A DNA stretch of 64,000 nucleotides from Octopus sinensis (GCF_006345805.1 NC_043002.1:20894001-20958000), one strand, 5' to 3'; positions 27,822 to 57,937 are shown, numbered from the stretch's first letter. Numbers and translations: made by a program. Notes: generated from the sequence alone by a model not told the origin.

Positions 27822-28516
27822 TTTACCTTTGCCCATATAATACAGTAAATGAATTAATTTCATCGCAATTCTTAGCATTTATGTATTAACTTTGTTGGGT
27901 GCTTTACTAGCAGTATATTGGATATATGTTATCCCATGGAGGGTTGCACTCACAACACTTATCTCAATTTGTAATTTTAAGTTAACTTTCTGAGGAATCT
28001 GAATTGCTCATACTTGTGTACATGAAATATCCACTCATTACTCTAAGTATTGATGGTATAAGTGAATACACCCAAGTATAGTACATTTGTTTCTACAAGA
28101 GTATTACTACTAGTAAAATGGAGAAGATACTGATCAAATCATCAATGAAAGGTGTACCCATCCCTACTAAGGACCACTACACCAAAGAGCTAATTTATAG
28201 AATTAACGAGTTCATTCGCAGGATGTTCTATATTATTATGTTTGACCTTAATGTTCATATGTAGTGGTTTAATAAATTATGTGATTGAGTATTATCTGGT
28301 AGTTGATTATTGATTAAGATGTATTTCTCCATTTTCTTATTTTGTATTATTAATTTGTGGTAAAACATTTTACCTTTGCCCATATAATACAGTAAATGAA
28401 TTAATTGCATCGCAATTCTTAACATTTATGTATTAACTTTGTTGGGTGCTTTACTAGCAGTATATTGGATATATGTTATCCCATGGAGGGTTGCACTCAC
28501 AACCCCTATCTCAATT

Positions 28517-28520
<4 letters not shown>
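27822..28520 (+). mobile_element. Deleted Penelope-like element with 152-bp direct repeats (pseudo-LTR-like)
   Basis: Direct repeats at 27822-27973 and 28369-28520 enclose MEKILIKSSMKGVPIPTKDHYTKELIYRINEFIRRM (28118-28225), which resembles the PLE ORF N-terminal motif SxKNIPIP..Y..LI..E.FIRRM. Confidence 0.6.
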
Positions 28521-28579
<59 letters not shown>

Positions 28580-28928
28580 CGACAGTAAATCATGAATCCG
28601 AAAGAGAAGCACACTATAAGTAATAGAGCAGTAGAGTATATGGATAAAGATAGTTATGGTCGGTCAACGGAGTTACCCATGGTTTCGCATCCATAAAGCG
28701 CGTAGATTTACATCGTCTCGTCAGATACTAACAGCCGGAATATATATGCTCGAAATGAGGAGTAGATAGCCAGCCGACAACTGATGAAGGGTCGTTCTTT
28801 ATGTCACTTGTCTTGGTTTCCCTTTGTTTCTCTCGTTATTTTGTTTGCGTTTTGAACTCATTTGTTTTCGTATTTCATGTTGTTTACAACTGGTGACGTC
28901 CTGTACCCTTATATATGCATATGTATGC

Positions 28929-28962
<34 letters not shown>

Positions 28963-29165
28963 ACACACACTCAAGCACAAACATACATAATGAAGTCATA
29001 TTTTGAGTCAATTCTAGGCTGAAATGTACTCAGGTTTGTTTTGTATTCCTTGCAGGAATCTGTTATCCAATTTAAACTTCATAGGTTTTAATCTTTCTGT
29101 TTCGTTTGTTTCAGAAGAATGTTTAAATTGCTTGTGCGTGACTGTATCATACGTACGTGTGTTTG

Positions 29166-29203
<38 letters not shown>

Positions 29204-31080
29204 GTAAATATGTATAAGATGCAAATGTTGTGTCTTGATATGTGCATATTGGTTAGTTTGTGCTTGACACAATTTTAACTTAACGCTATGCAAAATAAGG
29301 GAAATAACTCTTATTCCAAGGGAAGCAACTCTAAATCAATAAAATTGGTTTGAAATTTTGGCACAAGACCAGTAATTTTGAGGCAGGGATAGGTCGATTA
29401 TATTGACCCCTGTATTCAACTGATACCTATTTTATCGATTCCAAAAGGGATAAAAGGCAAAGTCGACCTCTGCGGAAGTTGAACCCTGAACGTGAAGACG
29501 GATGAAATACCGCTAAGTATTTTACCCGAGGTGTTAACGATTCTGCCAGTTCGCCGCCTTAATGACGAATTAGATATTAACATTAATGGTTATTTCTCTG
29601 AAAAAGACCGCTGCCTAAAGCACAAGAACCCATTTCTACAAGTCGTATACAAATTTACCTTCTTTTTCGACTCTTTTAATCGATTCTTTACAAAAGCTGT
29701 CATTAGTTTGATCTACGCGCTTATTTTAATTATTATATAGTTTATTCTTGGTTTTTTATTATTATTTAGTAAGATAAAGGTGGTGCCAAGTGGGCCACTT
29801 TTGGTAAGCAGAACTGGTGATGTGGGATGAACTGGTGATGTGGTAGTAGCAATTATTCGAACGAGACCTTCGAAGACCGAAGTGGAGAAGTGTTCCATGC
29901 CACCGGCGGTCGAGCACGGGCCAGTCGGTCCTAAGAAGCGGGCGAAAGCTTCCACGAAAGGCGCCGGATCCGTCGAACGAAACGATACGACAAAGGTGGT
30001 GAGCTGGCAGAATCGTTAGCACGCCAGGTGAAATGCTTAGTGCTATTTCACCTGCCACTACCTTCAAATTCCGTCGAGGTCGACTTTGCCTTTCATCCTC
30101 TCGGGGTTGATAAATAAAGTATCAATGAAACACTGGAATCGATGCATTCAACTAGTCCCCTCCCCAAAATTTTGGGTCTTGTGCCTATAGTGGAAATAAT
30201 TAATATCAAAATAGTAAGAATTTAGAAAAAACACAGTTACAATGCTAATAATGTACAAAGAATTTATTAAAAAAAAATTTGAATAGGAATTTGATAATAA
30301 AGATAAAATACAAATTTGAATAATTTTATCGATGAATTGAGCGAACATCTAGAAACGCAAGAATAACTAACGTATTTTTAGAAATTTTAAAGCAAACTGA
30401 AGAGTAACCTAAAGTAATCTCCCTCTAAGTTGTAGATCACACACCAAAGTAGCACCGAAACATGTCTCTTTTGTTTCTTCCCTTCAGTTCCTCAAGTCCT
30501 CAAAGATATCACTTATTCTATCTCAAACATGTTCGTTCTTAATCCTCACTATTTGTATTCCATTCTCATTATTCTCTCTCTCTCTTTCTCTGTCTGTCTG
30601 TCTGTCCGTCTCTCTCTTTTTCTCTGTCTGTCTGTCTGTCCGTCCGTCTCTCTCTCTTTCTCTCTCTCTTCTCTCTCTTCTCTCTCTTTCTCTCTTTCGC
30701 TCTTTTCTCTCTCTCTCTTTCTCTCTCACTTCTCTCTCTCCCTTTCTCTCTTTCCCTCTCTCTCTCTTCATGTGTGTGTATGTGTGTACCATTGTGTCTG
30801 TGTCTGTCGCCCCCCCCCACCTCTTTCGTTTGAGAACCAGTGCTGGTCTGTTTACATCCCCGTAACCAAGCAATTTGGCAAAAGAAACCAATAACGTAAG
30901 TACCAGACTTTAAAACAAAGCTAGTACTTGTGTCGAGTTGCTCGACTGAAAATTCTTCAAGGCGATACCCCAACATGGGCGCACCCTAATGGCTGAAACA
31001 AGTAAAAGAGAAAAGATTCTGAGCAAGTCAAATACTTTCGGTCATATTTAAGAGTCATCAAAAGAGGAGGGAGTCAGAAG

Positions 31081-31100
31081 ATGAGGAGAAGGAGGAGAAA

Positions 31101-31147
<47 letters not shown>

Positions 31148-31345
31148 AAAGAAGAAGGAGAAGGAGAAGGAGGAGGAGGAGGAGGAGGAGAAGAAGTAGG
31201 AGGATGAGAAGAAGGAGGATGAGAAGAAGGAGGAGGAGAAGAAGAAAGAGGAGGAGAAGAAGGAGAAGAAGGAGGAGAAGCAGAAGGAGAAGGAGGAGGA
31301 GAAGAAGAAGAGGAAGAAGAAGAAGAAGAGGAAGAAGAAGAAGAA

Positions 31346-31379
<34 letters not shown>

Positions 31380-31430
31380 GTGATGGTGATGGTGATGATG
31401 ATGATGGTGATGGTGATGATGATGATGAGA
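31081..31430. repeat. (AGT)n-(GAG/AAG)n-(GAT)n trinucleotide block
   Basis: Direct reading; long purine-only stretch at ~31147-31347. Confidence 0.95.
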
Positions 31431-31461
31431 GAAAACTGTAAAGACTGCGAATTTGATTTAA

Positions 31462-31471
31462 TTTATTTATT
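31462..31471 (-). promoter_or_regulatory. Possible poly(A) signal for the MMP (overlapping AATAAA pair)
   Basis: AATAAATAAA on the minus strand about 535 nt downstream of the stop. In AT-rich DNA chance occurrence is likely. Confidence 0.3.
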
Positions 31472-31715
31472 ACAGTTTCCTTTTGAATTGTGTTAGCTTT
31501 TCGTTGCGCTCAGCAGAAGATAACATTCATCGGGGAAAAACAAACTTCATTCAAATTTAGAGCTGTTCCATTGTGCTTAGAGCTTCGTAATAGTTGTGTG
31601 CGTTTGCGTGTGTGTGTGTGTCCATGCACATATAAATATATATACATACGTACATATATATGCATGCACATATACATATATATAGATATGTATGTATGTT
31701 TATATATGTATATAT

Positions 31716-31751
<36 letters not shown>

Positions 31752-31841
31752 CACGCACGCATGTGCATAAGTATATGTATAGATATATGTGTGTATACGC
31801 ATGTGCATATACATACATACATACATACATACATACATACA

Positions 31842-31877
<36 letters not shown>

Positions 31878-32004
31878 TATTTGTTGTTTATATGTGTTTA
31901 TTTATATATATATACATGCATATATACATATACATATATACATATTATATATATATATATATAAGCTTTCAAAATGTTACACAATTGTGATTTCTCACTC
32001 AATT

Positions 32005-48066
<16,062 letters not shown>

Positions 48067-48612
48067 CTAAAGAAATAAATTAAGGGCAATGTTACGATAG
48101 CGATTCTTTTTGAAATAAATCACTCGTAAAGGATTTTGAATTATTAATGTTAAACATAATTAATTTTAAAATCTTAGTAACTGATATAACGGTTTTTGAG
48201 AGAAATAATTTAGTCTTTCTTAATTGGTTTCAAACGCGGCACAAGGCTTGCAACTTCAAAAGAGGGGATTAGTCGATTACATCGACCCCAGTGCTTTACT
48301 GATGTTTATTTTATCGACCCCTAAAGGATGAAAAATAAAGGCGACCTCGACAGAATTTGTGAGTCTTTCTATGTTATTAAATAAAAGAAGCAGTAAAGTA
48401 AGGATGGGCGAAACGCCGCAAAGCATTTTGCCCGGCAAACGATTCTACCAGCTCGCTGCCTCAGTAGTAGTAGTAGTAATAATAATAAAACATTCTAATA
48501 ATTTAGGGATTAGAAATATTTAATAAAGCAAAAATTATATATTTTATGCATGACTTCAATCAATTATCGTTTTAATATAACTTACCATTCTTTGTATTAT
48601 TTTTATGCTGAC

Positions 48613-48718
48613 CTTGTTGGAGTGGATTAGATTCATTTACTGAAGCTAGTAGTTTTTCTTTGTTAATGCATAAAGGACAAAGACGTTTTAGCGCGGGATG
48701 AAGATTCAGGAAGCTTTC
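48613..48718 (-). CDS. Candidate upstream MMP prodomain exon
   Basis: Strong acceptor ttttgtttcccttag and donor AAG|gtcagc. Only one frame is open (ESFLNLHPALKRLCPLCINKEKLLASVNESNPLQQG) and it ends in phase 1, matching the switch exon. The sequence is not recognisably MMP-like. Confidence 0.45.
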
Positions 48719-48866
48719 CTAAGGGAAACAAAATAAATTGGTTTTTCATTTAGCATAATATAAACAATTTCTGAGATGGTTTATAATAATAATAATAATA
48801 ATAATAAGAAGAAGAAGAACAACAACAACAACAATAACAATAATAACAACAACAACAACAATAACA

Positions 48867-48917
<51 letters not shown>

Positions 48918-48919
<2 letters not shown>

Positions 48920-49400
48920 ACCTGACATTGTTGTGGTGAACAAAATAAAATAAAAACCTGATATTGATTAAGTGAACAAAAAAACCTAACATTGTTGTAA
49001 CGAACAAAGAAAAACCCTGATATTGTTATGGTGAACAAAAAAAATTTGCATGATAATCGACATAGCATGTCCCAGTGACAACAAGTTCAAAGAAGAAGAA
49101 GAAGAAGAAGAAGAATCATGACATTGTCCACGAAGACTGCGGGCAGTGGAGAAAGTGGACGTGATATCGATAGTAATTGAAGAGATTGCAAGGATCAACA
49201 CTCAACTACCAGCATAGCTCAAAACGATTGGTAGAAATGTGGATAGAACAACAACGAAAATTGCTTGGAACTGCAAGAGTTCCCCGCTGGGTTCATGAAA
49301 CATGATCAGTAACTAAGTGTCACCTTAGTAAGTTGGCTGTGGACAGCTGACACTTTGTACCCAGTAAAATAAGCTGAGAGGTTTCTACTTTTTTAAACCT
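48918..49400 (+). mobile_element. R4/Dong-like LINE 3' fragment
   Basis: KPDIVVVN..MIIDIACPSDNKFKEEE endonuclease motif. The 3' UTR is inverted relative to the copy at 49560-50200. Confidence 0.6.
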
Positions 49401-49559
49401 TTGTGTGCAATGCATATGTCCCGTCTTTTTTAGTGTATACCGTGTATGCTTTCTTTCTTTCACATTTTTTCATCATTTCATTATATGTAAAGCCCTACAC
49501 TTTATGTCTGTCTTTGTACAGTCCCCCTCATCCCTCGCCCTTGTGGCAAATAAATGAAA

Positions 49560-51150
49560 TTGTTATTATTATTATGCGATGAAAACTCACAGATTATTTT
49601 GCTGTGAATGATGGAAAGTGTCAGCTTCCCACAGCCAGCAGACTAAGGTGACATCTGTTTACTAGTCATGCTTCAAAAACCCTGCGAAGAATTCTTGCAG
49701 TTCGAAGCAATACTGATTTTTGTAGGTGTTCTACCTTCACACTTGCACCAATCTTTTTTAGCCACGTTGGTAGCTGAGTGCTGATACTTCCAAGTGTACC
49801 AATTACTATTGATATCACGTCTACTCTCCTCGTTGACCACAACCTTCGTATTTCTCATTTCAAATCGTCATAATTGTTTATTTTTTTCTCCGACTTTCAC
49901 ACTAATCCTGTTGTCACCGTGGCATGCTATGCCGATTATCATGCATGTTCTTTCTTTTATTATTCACCACAACAATGTCCGGTTTCCGATGTCTGGTCAG
50001 GTGATCGCATTGGATCATTGCATCCCACAGGATTTTGCAATTCTCATTCTCGGTGACTCCTTCTGGGGTTTGCTTATACCACATCTTTGCTCTTTGTAGG
50101 CCGTGATTTCCACACAGCTCCCAATGGATTATTCTTGCTTCATTGCCATGGCGTCTTTTATATTCTCGTTGTGCCAGTTTCGGGCATTCGCTAACGATGT
50201 GTCATACCGTTTCACCCCTCTCAACACAGAATTAAGCTTCACACAATGAAATGTAATATACACACAGTGAAAAATATATAAAAAAGATTCTGAATAAAAA
50301 AATGTCTGACAAAATTGGAACTCTAACAGAGAACTGAACTATAGACAGTGAAAAATAATATACACTCAGTGAAAAATATATAAAAAAAAAGATCCTGAAG
50401 AAAAAAGCCAGTTTTATCAGACAATTTTTCTTCAGAATCTATTTTTTATTTATATTTTCACTGTGTGTATATTATTTTTCACTGTGTGAAGTTCAAATCC
50501 CACCTCGGGATTTTTAACATTTTCCCACTGCGTGAGCTCTGTTCCGCATTATGGCGACGTAACTTCGTCGTCTGTGTGACTAGCCCGAACAGCGTACCTC
50601 GCTGACTAACATTACTTACTGAGTCTGTCCACTGTTTATCAGTTGTGGACCAGCCGACTTCTCACCTGGGGGTGTCCCCCACAACAATATACCACCCTCA
50701 ACTGTTTTTCTCTGCTTCGATACAGTCTTGGCAAGTGATCAAATCTCTCCTACCCTTTCTTCTGGACAAGTACAGCCTATCAGTATCACTCTTAGGGTGG
50801 AAGGCTCCGTGTACTGTCAACATTTTTCTGATCTTGGTATCCATTTTCTTCACTTCTCTTTTTTGCTATTTTATAATTCCTGCGCCATCCCGAAGTGATG
50901 CTATCGCCCATATAATAACTGCTTGGATTTTATTCCATCCAGTCAATTTTGAGCGTAATACCAACCTTAGTCTTCGGAAATACTCCATCCTCAGTTTCTC
51001 TTTCATTTCCTTCTCCATTATCTCGTTGGAGTCTAGTAAACCAAGGTATTTGTAGCCTTCCGTTTCAATTTGTTTTACCAAGTCTCTGTTCGGTAATTCT
51101 ATACCTGTTAGAAGCTATATCTTGCCTCTTTTTAGGTAGATTATTCCGCA
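49560..51150 (-). mobile_element. R4/Dong-like LINE fragments (RT thumb and REL endonuclease) interrupted by a small foldback at 50228-50495
   Basis: GYKYLGLLDSNEI..EYFRRLRLVLRSKLTGWNKIQAV..WAIASLR.GAGIIK (50866-51081) and KRRHGNEARIIHWELC..WY..P..V.ENE..KILWD..IQCDH..RHRKPDIVVVN (~49900-50160). Confidence 0.75.
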
Positions 51151-52602
51151 CTTCTTGAGTCCAAATGGGACAGATTATGCTGAGACAGGTTATTCATGGA
51201 ACTCCAGAGGTTGCTTATTCATGCAAATGTTTCCTTTCTATGTCACTATTATCTCAAAGGAAATACAGTCCAAGTATATCTTGGCGCCAGTGTCGTCGAA
51301 GACATTGCCACTAGAATACAACATACGGCAAGTTACCTCGTCCAACACTTTGACACTTTCACCAATCATCCATCTCGAGCAATTCGCTTGCAGTTACGCC
51401 AGTCCGTTGCTCTGGATTCCAAAAGGATAAAAGGTAAAGCTGCCCTCGGTAGAAAATGAGCTCAGGGAGTCGCATCAAACGCTGATGATCGAACGATTCT
51501 GCAAATTCGTTACAGAGCCATATCGCTTTTTCTAGATAACTTTGCGAACAAAGGCACATCTTCAAACTGCGGACATCCGCACTTTACGGCATCAATAACA
51601 TACTAATTCCTTTTCCAATATTTTCTACTTGACTCACACATACACATATACATATACGCGCAAAAGCATTTATATGACAAATATTCAAATCTTTTACACA
51701 TTACACTTAAACATACACACACACACGCATACACATAGCGTGCGCACACACAAGCACATTCCCATATATATTTATCCTCTACATACAGAAGTATAAACGC
51801 ACCAACTCACGTACTCTCGTACACACACTGTCACATACGCATGCAGGCACAAACAGCCGACATGGTTACACCCGTTACATACTCATAAATTAAATATACG
51901 CGCACTTGGCTTCTCCAAAAAATATACCTAGGCGCAATCACACCGACATACAAAAACATACCTAATACACACAAATACTCCCACACACATACATACTCAT
52001 ATAGATACACACACACGCACACATACACATGCATATGTACACACATCTTACCTGAAATTAGAACAAAGAAACAAAAACACATCGACACCGACACGTAGGT
52101 ACACGCATCGATAGAAACATACGTACAGACACAAGCTGAAATCAGTTAAAGATTATTTATTAACTCTAAGAGGCCAGAGCTGAAGGGCACACAGTGCTTT
52201 CTCACCTTGGGTTAATGAAGTCGTGATGTTCACGTCCACATTTCAGTAATAACACCTGCATGTGTGTGTGTGTGTGTGTGTGTGTTCTAATTTCGAATCC
52301 AATCTGGGTCGATTTAGCTTTTATTCTCTTGCGATTGATTTCTTGATTTCAATGAGAAAGTGTTAATGATTTGTACTAATTGTTCAAATCCAGGTCAAAT
52401 GTGACAGGACGCGCCTCTGGTGAAAGGCATTCCAGTCATGACCATCAGTTGTTATTCATTTTTTTAAGACAGTAGGGGTGATTTGAAGGCATTTGGTTGC
52501 TTTTTCTAGCAGGTGGATCGACGTGTAGTGTTATTGCTGCTGTTGTCTTCTTCTTCTTCTTCTTCTTCTTCTTCTTCTTCTTCTTCTTCTTCTTCTTCTT
52601 CT

Positions 52603-52649
<47 letters not shown>

Positions 52650-52675
52650 TCTTCCTCTTCTTCTTCTTCTTCTTC

Positions 52676-52719
<44 letters not shown>

Positions 52720-52777
52720 TTCTTCTTCTTCTTCTTCTTCTTCTTCTTCTCTTCCTCTTCTTCTTCCATCAGGACTC

Positions 52778-52877
52778 NNNNNNNNNNNNNNNNNNNNNNN
52801 NNNNNNNNNNNNNNNNNNNNNNNNNNNNNNNNNNNNNNNNNNNNNNNNNNNNNNNNNNNNNNNNNNNNNNNNNNNNN
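52778..52877. other. Assembly gap (100 N) between (CTT)n and (GGT)n tracts
   Basis: Run of 100 n characters. Confidence 1.
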
Positions 52878-53896
52878 GTGTTGGTGTTGGTGGTGTTGGT
52901 TGTGGTGGTGTTGGTGATGGTGATGGTGTTGGTGGTGGTGGAGGTGGTGGTAGTAGTCGTAGTGTTAGTGATGGTAGTACTAGTAGTAGTAGTGATGGTA
53001 ATGATAGTGGTGGTGGTGCTGATGTGGTGGTGGCCATAACGGCAGCGGTGGCGGTGTCGGTGTTGGTAGTGATGGCGTCGGTGCTGATGGTGATGGTGAT
53101 GGTGATTAGGTGGTAACAGTAGTGTTGGTGATGTTGTGGTTTAAGCTATTGCCGGTTGTAGCGGCGATAGCGTTGATGTTGCGCCGCTCTTACTGTTTAT
53201 CCTCTGATGATGCTGGTGATGCTGATACTGTTACAGTGTACAAAAGGTGAGCTATACATTACGTATGTATCCATAATTACCTGTCACATCTGTCATCTAT
53301 GATGTGATTGGTCACTTCAAACTTTCTCCTATTTCCCGTTCCCTCCAACGCCGTCATTCTCTTTCGTTCGACTTTCCTTCCTTCCTTCCTTCCTTCCTTC
53401 TTTCTTTCTTTCTTTTATTTTTCTCTTTCATCCTACCGTTCCTATTTTTCCTTTCTTAGTTTTTCTCTTTCATCTCATCCTTTATTCTTTCATTCATTCT
53501 TACGTCTTTTCTCTTTCGTCTGCACGTGGCTATTGTTATTGTTTTTTTATAATTTCATTTTGTTGTTTTTTCCTTCTTTTTCCTTCTTCTTTTCCTTTTC
53601 CTTTTCCCCATCCCGTTCTCCACACTCGTCTCCTTTCGTTTCTTATTAATTGAATCTGTGACAAAAATTCTTTTTTTTTTTTGTCATTGTTTTTATGAGG
53701 ATTTCGTTTTGCGCACGAGGCTCAAAAAGCCACTTCCGCTTTCGTCTTCTCCCTTGTCTATCTCCTCCATCATTTTCTTCACTTCCCCATTTTATACTAT
53801 ATATTACAATCTAAAAAAAAAAGAGCCTCTGCGTGGTTGCTCGACTACTAAAAGTAGTAGCCGAATTTTCCTTTAAGCCTCATTGTAGTATATTTA

Positions 53897-53939
<43 letters not shown>

Positions 53940-53942
<3 letters not shown>

Positions 53943-54742
53943 GATCTTTTCCTTTTGAACGGCAGTTTTCAAAACAATTTCTAGTTAACTAAACACTTTT
54001 AAACTTCGTATACTGGTAGAATGTGTCAAAATAAAACATTTTTTTCTCTTGGCTTTCTTGAGAAAATTGTAATTTGTAAGTTTAACGTAGTTTAATTTTT
54101 CGAATTTTAACCAATCAATGGCCTCTATTGAGCTAAAATCATTTTCTGCGTCTAAAACTGAGACAACATCCTGTCACTAACCCTAACCTTAACCCTAAAT
54201 TTCAGCCTTTCGGTTTTTTTTTCTTAATTGTTAAATTAATTTAATTGTTACGCGTGTCTAAAATCATTCGTTTTGTTTTTGTTTTGAGTGTTTGTTTTGA
54301 GATACACGTGTATTGTTTAAACTATTTCCCATTGCTTTCGTTTTAGCCTTTCGTTTTTTTTCTTAATTGTTAAATTAATTTAAGGATAACAATTAAGAAA
54401 AAAAACGAAAAGCTAAAACGAAAGCAATGGAAAATAATTTAAACAATTAACAAACAAAATAATTCTATAATTTTATACACACGCTTTCCGTACATATACA
54501 TAACAGTGACAGGATGTTGTCTCAGTTTTAGACGCAGCAGATGTTTTAGCTCAATAGATGCCATTGATTGGTTAAAATTCGAAAAATTAAACTACGTTAA
54601 ACTTACAAATTACAATTTTCTCAAGAAAGCCAAGAGAAAAAAATGTTTTATTTTGACACATTCTACCAGTATACGAAGTTTAAAAGTGTTTAGTTAACTA
54701 GAAATTGTTTTGAAAACTGCCGTTCAAAAGGAAAAGATCCAT
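53940..54742. mobile_element. Foldback/MITE-like element with ~239-bp terminal inverted repeats
   Basis: 53940-54178 and 54505-54742 are near-perfect reverse complements (ATGGATCTTTTCC..GGAAAAGATCCAT). Internal 61-bp hairpin arms at 54312-54372 and 54387-54447. A solo right arm lies at ~60100-60280. Confidence 0.9.
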
Positions 54743-54744
54743 GA

Positions 54745-55320
54745 TAATAATAACAAATTCTGGTTTTATTGGCCACAAGGGATAACATAAATCAAAAACA
54801 AATGTAAGGACAAACACAGGATGAAAAGTACAAAGGGTTTTGAGAAAAGGAAAAGACGGTGAAAACATACAAATAACAGCGAAAAATATAACAAATAAAA
54901 CTCCTAATAGTGGGAGGCACTTTGAAAGGTTACTCGTGGAAAAGCCCATAAAAGCCACGGGAGCCTGATCAAAAGGAGTAGAGAGCCCCTTCTCCTTTTA
55001 TATTACCATTTTTTTTTTACAGGCGTAATCTCAGAATTGGTCCGGCATTCACTCACCTTTCAATAAATTTGCTACGAGACAGCACTTCCTTCTCTACTCT
55101 CGTCTTTCTTTTCAAGTGGAACTTGAAAAAGTTGATGAGGCCTTGGCCAAAGAGGAAAGTGTCTGACTTTAGCCCTTTGAAACGGGTCCACCATACCACC
55201 TCTTTCGTTACAGCCACTAGACAAAGGAAAATTGCCTTGCCCTCCCAGTTAAAGGAGGTCGGCGGGACAATCTTCACTCTGGATTCAGCTGATAGCCGGA
55301 TCCGAGAATTAGACCACAAT
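54745..55320 (-). mobile_element. Tx1/L1-clade LINE 3' end
   Basis: RIRLSAES..FNWEGKAIFLCLVAVTKEVVWWTR..FFKFHLKRK, then a T-rich 3' UTR ending CCCTTGTGGCCAATAAAACCAGAAT(TGT)TATTATT. Confidence 0.7.
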
Positions 55321-55580
55321 CGCCCAAAGAAATATTTAAGAATAGACGAAATAGCTAAAATGCAGCACGCAAGATAGAAAATGCTAAAATAATTTTATAA
55401 AAAACATTTCAGTACCGGTTTCAGTCATTGAGACTTTTTCAACTGTAAGTATGGAAAACAATTACATTTTGGAAAAATTTTTTAAAAAGTTTTTTTAAAA
55501 GAATATTTGCATAGTGTTCAAATACAAGGGCCATTTTTCTTGTTTCTGCCAGTTTCTCTCTCTTGTTTATTCTTGTGGGT

Positions 55581-55612
<32 letters not shown>

Positions 55613-55636
55613 GTGTGTGTGTGTGTGTGGTGTGTG

Positions 55637-55676
<40 letters not shown>

Positions 55677-55785
55677 ATATATGTATATATGTATATATAT
55701 TATATGTGTATATATATGTGTGTGTGTGATATGTATATATGTATATGTGTATATATATATGTATGTATGTATGTATATATGTATG

Positions 55786-55829
<44 letters not shown>

Positions 55830-56865
55830 ATATATACATATATGTGTTGTTGGCTAATATAATCTGTGGTTTTATTACGTCTGCAGAAAAGATGGGGCAC
55901 ATCCACGCTGTAACATCAATAATCATAAAATTGTGAGGCACATGGCCTAGTGGTTAGAGAAGCGGATTCGCGGTCGAAAGATCGCGGGTTCGAATCTCAG
56001 ACCGGGCGATGTGTGTGTTTATGAGCGAAACATCAAAGCTCCACGCGGCTCCGGCAGAAGGTAATGGGGAACTTCTGCTAACTCTTTTGCTACAACTTTC
56101 TCTCAATCTTTCCTCCTGCATCTTGCAGCTCACCTGCGACGGACCGGCGTCCAGTGCAGGTGAGGAACCTATACGACAAGGAAACCGGGAAACCGGCCCT
56201 TATGAACCAGGCATGGCTCGAGAAGGAACAAACAAATCAAAAACAAATCATAAAATTGATTGAGAAAGATTGCTCGATTAGGGTCAAACAACAACAACAA
56301 TAACAACAGCAGCAACAACAACAAAAAAAACAACAACAACAACGGCAGCAGCAACTATAGAGATTCTCAGAAATGCTGGCATTGATGTTTGCAAAAGACT
56401 GCTGTTTGATCCAGTGACAGAAAGTATTTTGTCTAATCTACGTCACGCTACCGAATCTAGGCAGACGATTTAGATCCTACTTAGATCTATATACTTCTTA
56501 ACTTCTTATATAGTTTTTCTTTACTTTTCCTATTCTTCCTTAATGTTCTTGGTCAGCTTCAACGTGAATTTTTTGTCGTTCTTTCTCTGTCGGTTCTTTA
56601 AGTTCATATCTCACCTCCTCACCTCTGCCACATCTCAGTTTCTCTTCCCTTGTTCCTTGTTTTGCATTTTATTCATGTAAAGGTTGAGTATGCGTTAGTT
56701 ACATATGTATACAAACACAGACACAGCCAAACACAACGTATAAAAACACATACAGATTATAGGTACGTACATTTATGCACATTCTACTCTCAAATACATT
56801 CATTTTTCTTTTGTTCCTACACTCGCAAATTTACACATACACACACACACACAGGACACACACAC

Positions 56866-56903
<38 letters not shown>

Positions 56904-57008
56904 ACGCGCGCGCACACACAGACGTTGCGCTGGATGCGCTTTTGGGTAAATATATATATATCTATATATTCACATATATATTACATGTAAACACACACAC
57001 ATATATTA

Positions 57009-57100
<92 letters not shown>

Positions 57101-57121
57101 TGCGTGCGTATGTTTGCATAT

Positions 57122-57202
<81 letters not shown>

Positions 57203-57905
57203 TTGTAGATGTATGCATAATATACACACATATGCATTCTATACATATAGATACACATGCTCAGACACACTCGGTGTGTGAGTACGTGTGCAATATCTAT
57301 GTATGTGAGAATTTGCTTGCATATCTGTATACGTGAATGTTTAGGTACTGGTATCCTTTTTTTTTTTTACTCGATTTTCTATTACAACAAATTAACTGTC
57401 AAGTTAGAATCGAAAGAAGAAACACCACCTGAAGAGCTGTCAAAAAATTAACGAACAAACAACTAATGAATTTTAAAAATATATAAAGGGAAAAAAATCA
57501 CCCATAAAGGCAACTAAAACAACGATAAAGCATGGAACAACAAAAAACAAAGCACTAATGTAAAATACAAAAAAGAGAGACGAAATATCTAATAAATAAA
57601 TTTTTAAAAAGAACGTAGCGAACAGCACAAAAAATTAAGTAAAAAATGGAGGGAAAACCCGGATACAATAGAAAGCGGACATATTGGATTGGTTGTTACA
57701 GACGATAGTATAAAAATGTCGTATAGGTTAATTGAGAAATAAACGAGCCTCTGTCGTTCAGAGATTTTTTGTTTCTTCTTGTATGTAAGCTTATTAATCA
57801 TATAGGTGTTTGGACAAATATTCTATATGCGCGTGTCTATGCGTGCACGTGTTAGCATGGACACACACACACACACACACATGCATTATATATATATATA
57901 TATAT

Positions 57906-57937
<32 letters not shown>

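Noticed and set aside
29760-30000. CpG-rich 240-bp island with a short open frame (SKTEVEKCSMPPAVEHGPVGPKKRAK)
   Set aside because: No start, splice or homology support; most likely a retroelement 5' remnant next to a SINE.
52206-52255. Candidate MMP upstream exon (VLLLKCGREHHDFINP, donor AAG|gtgaga)
   Set aside because: The acceptor is a CA microsatellite without a polypyrimidine tract, and its phase-2 end does not fit 48718 (phase 0) or 48066 (phase 1). It could only be UTR.
54178-54198. TTAGGG-like repeats as an interstitial telomere
   Set aside because: Only about 3 imperfect units, and they are internal to a foldback element.
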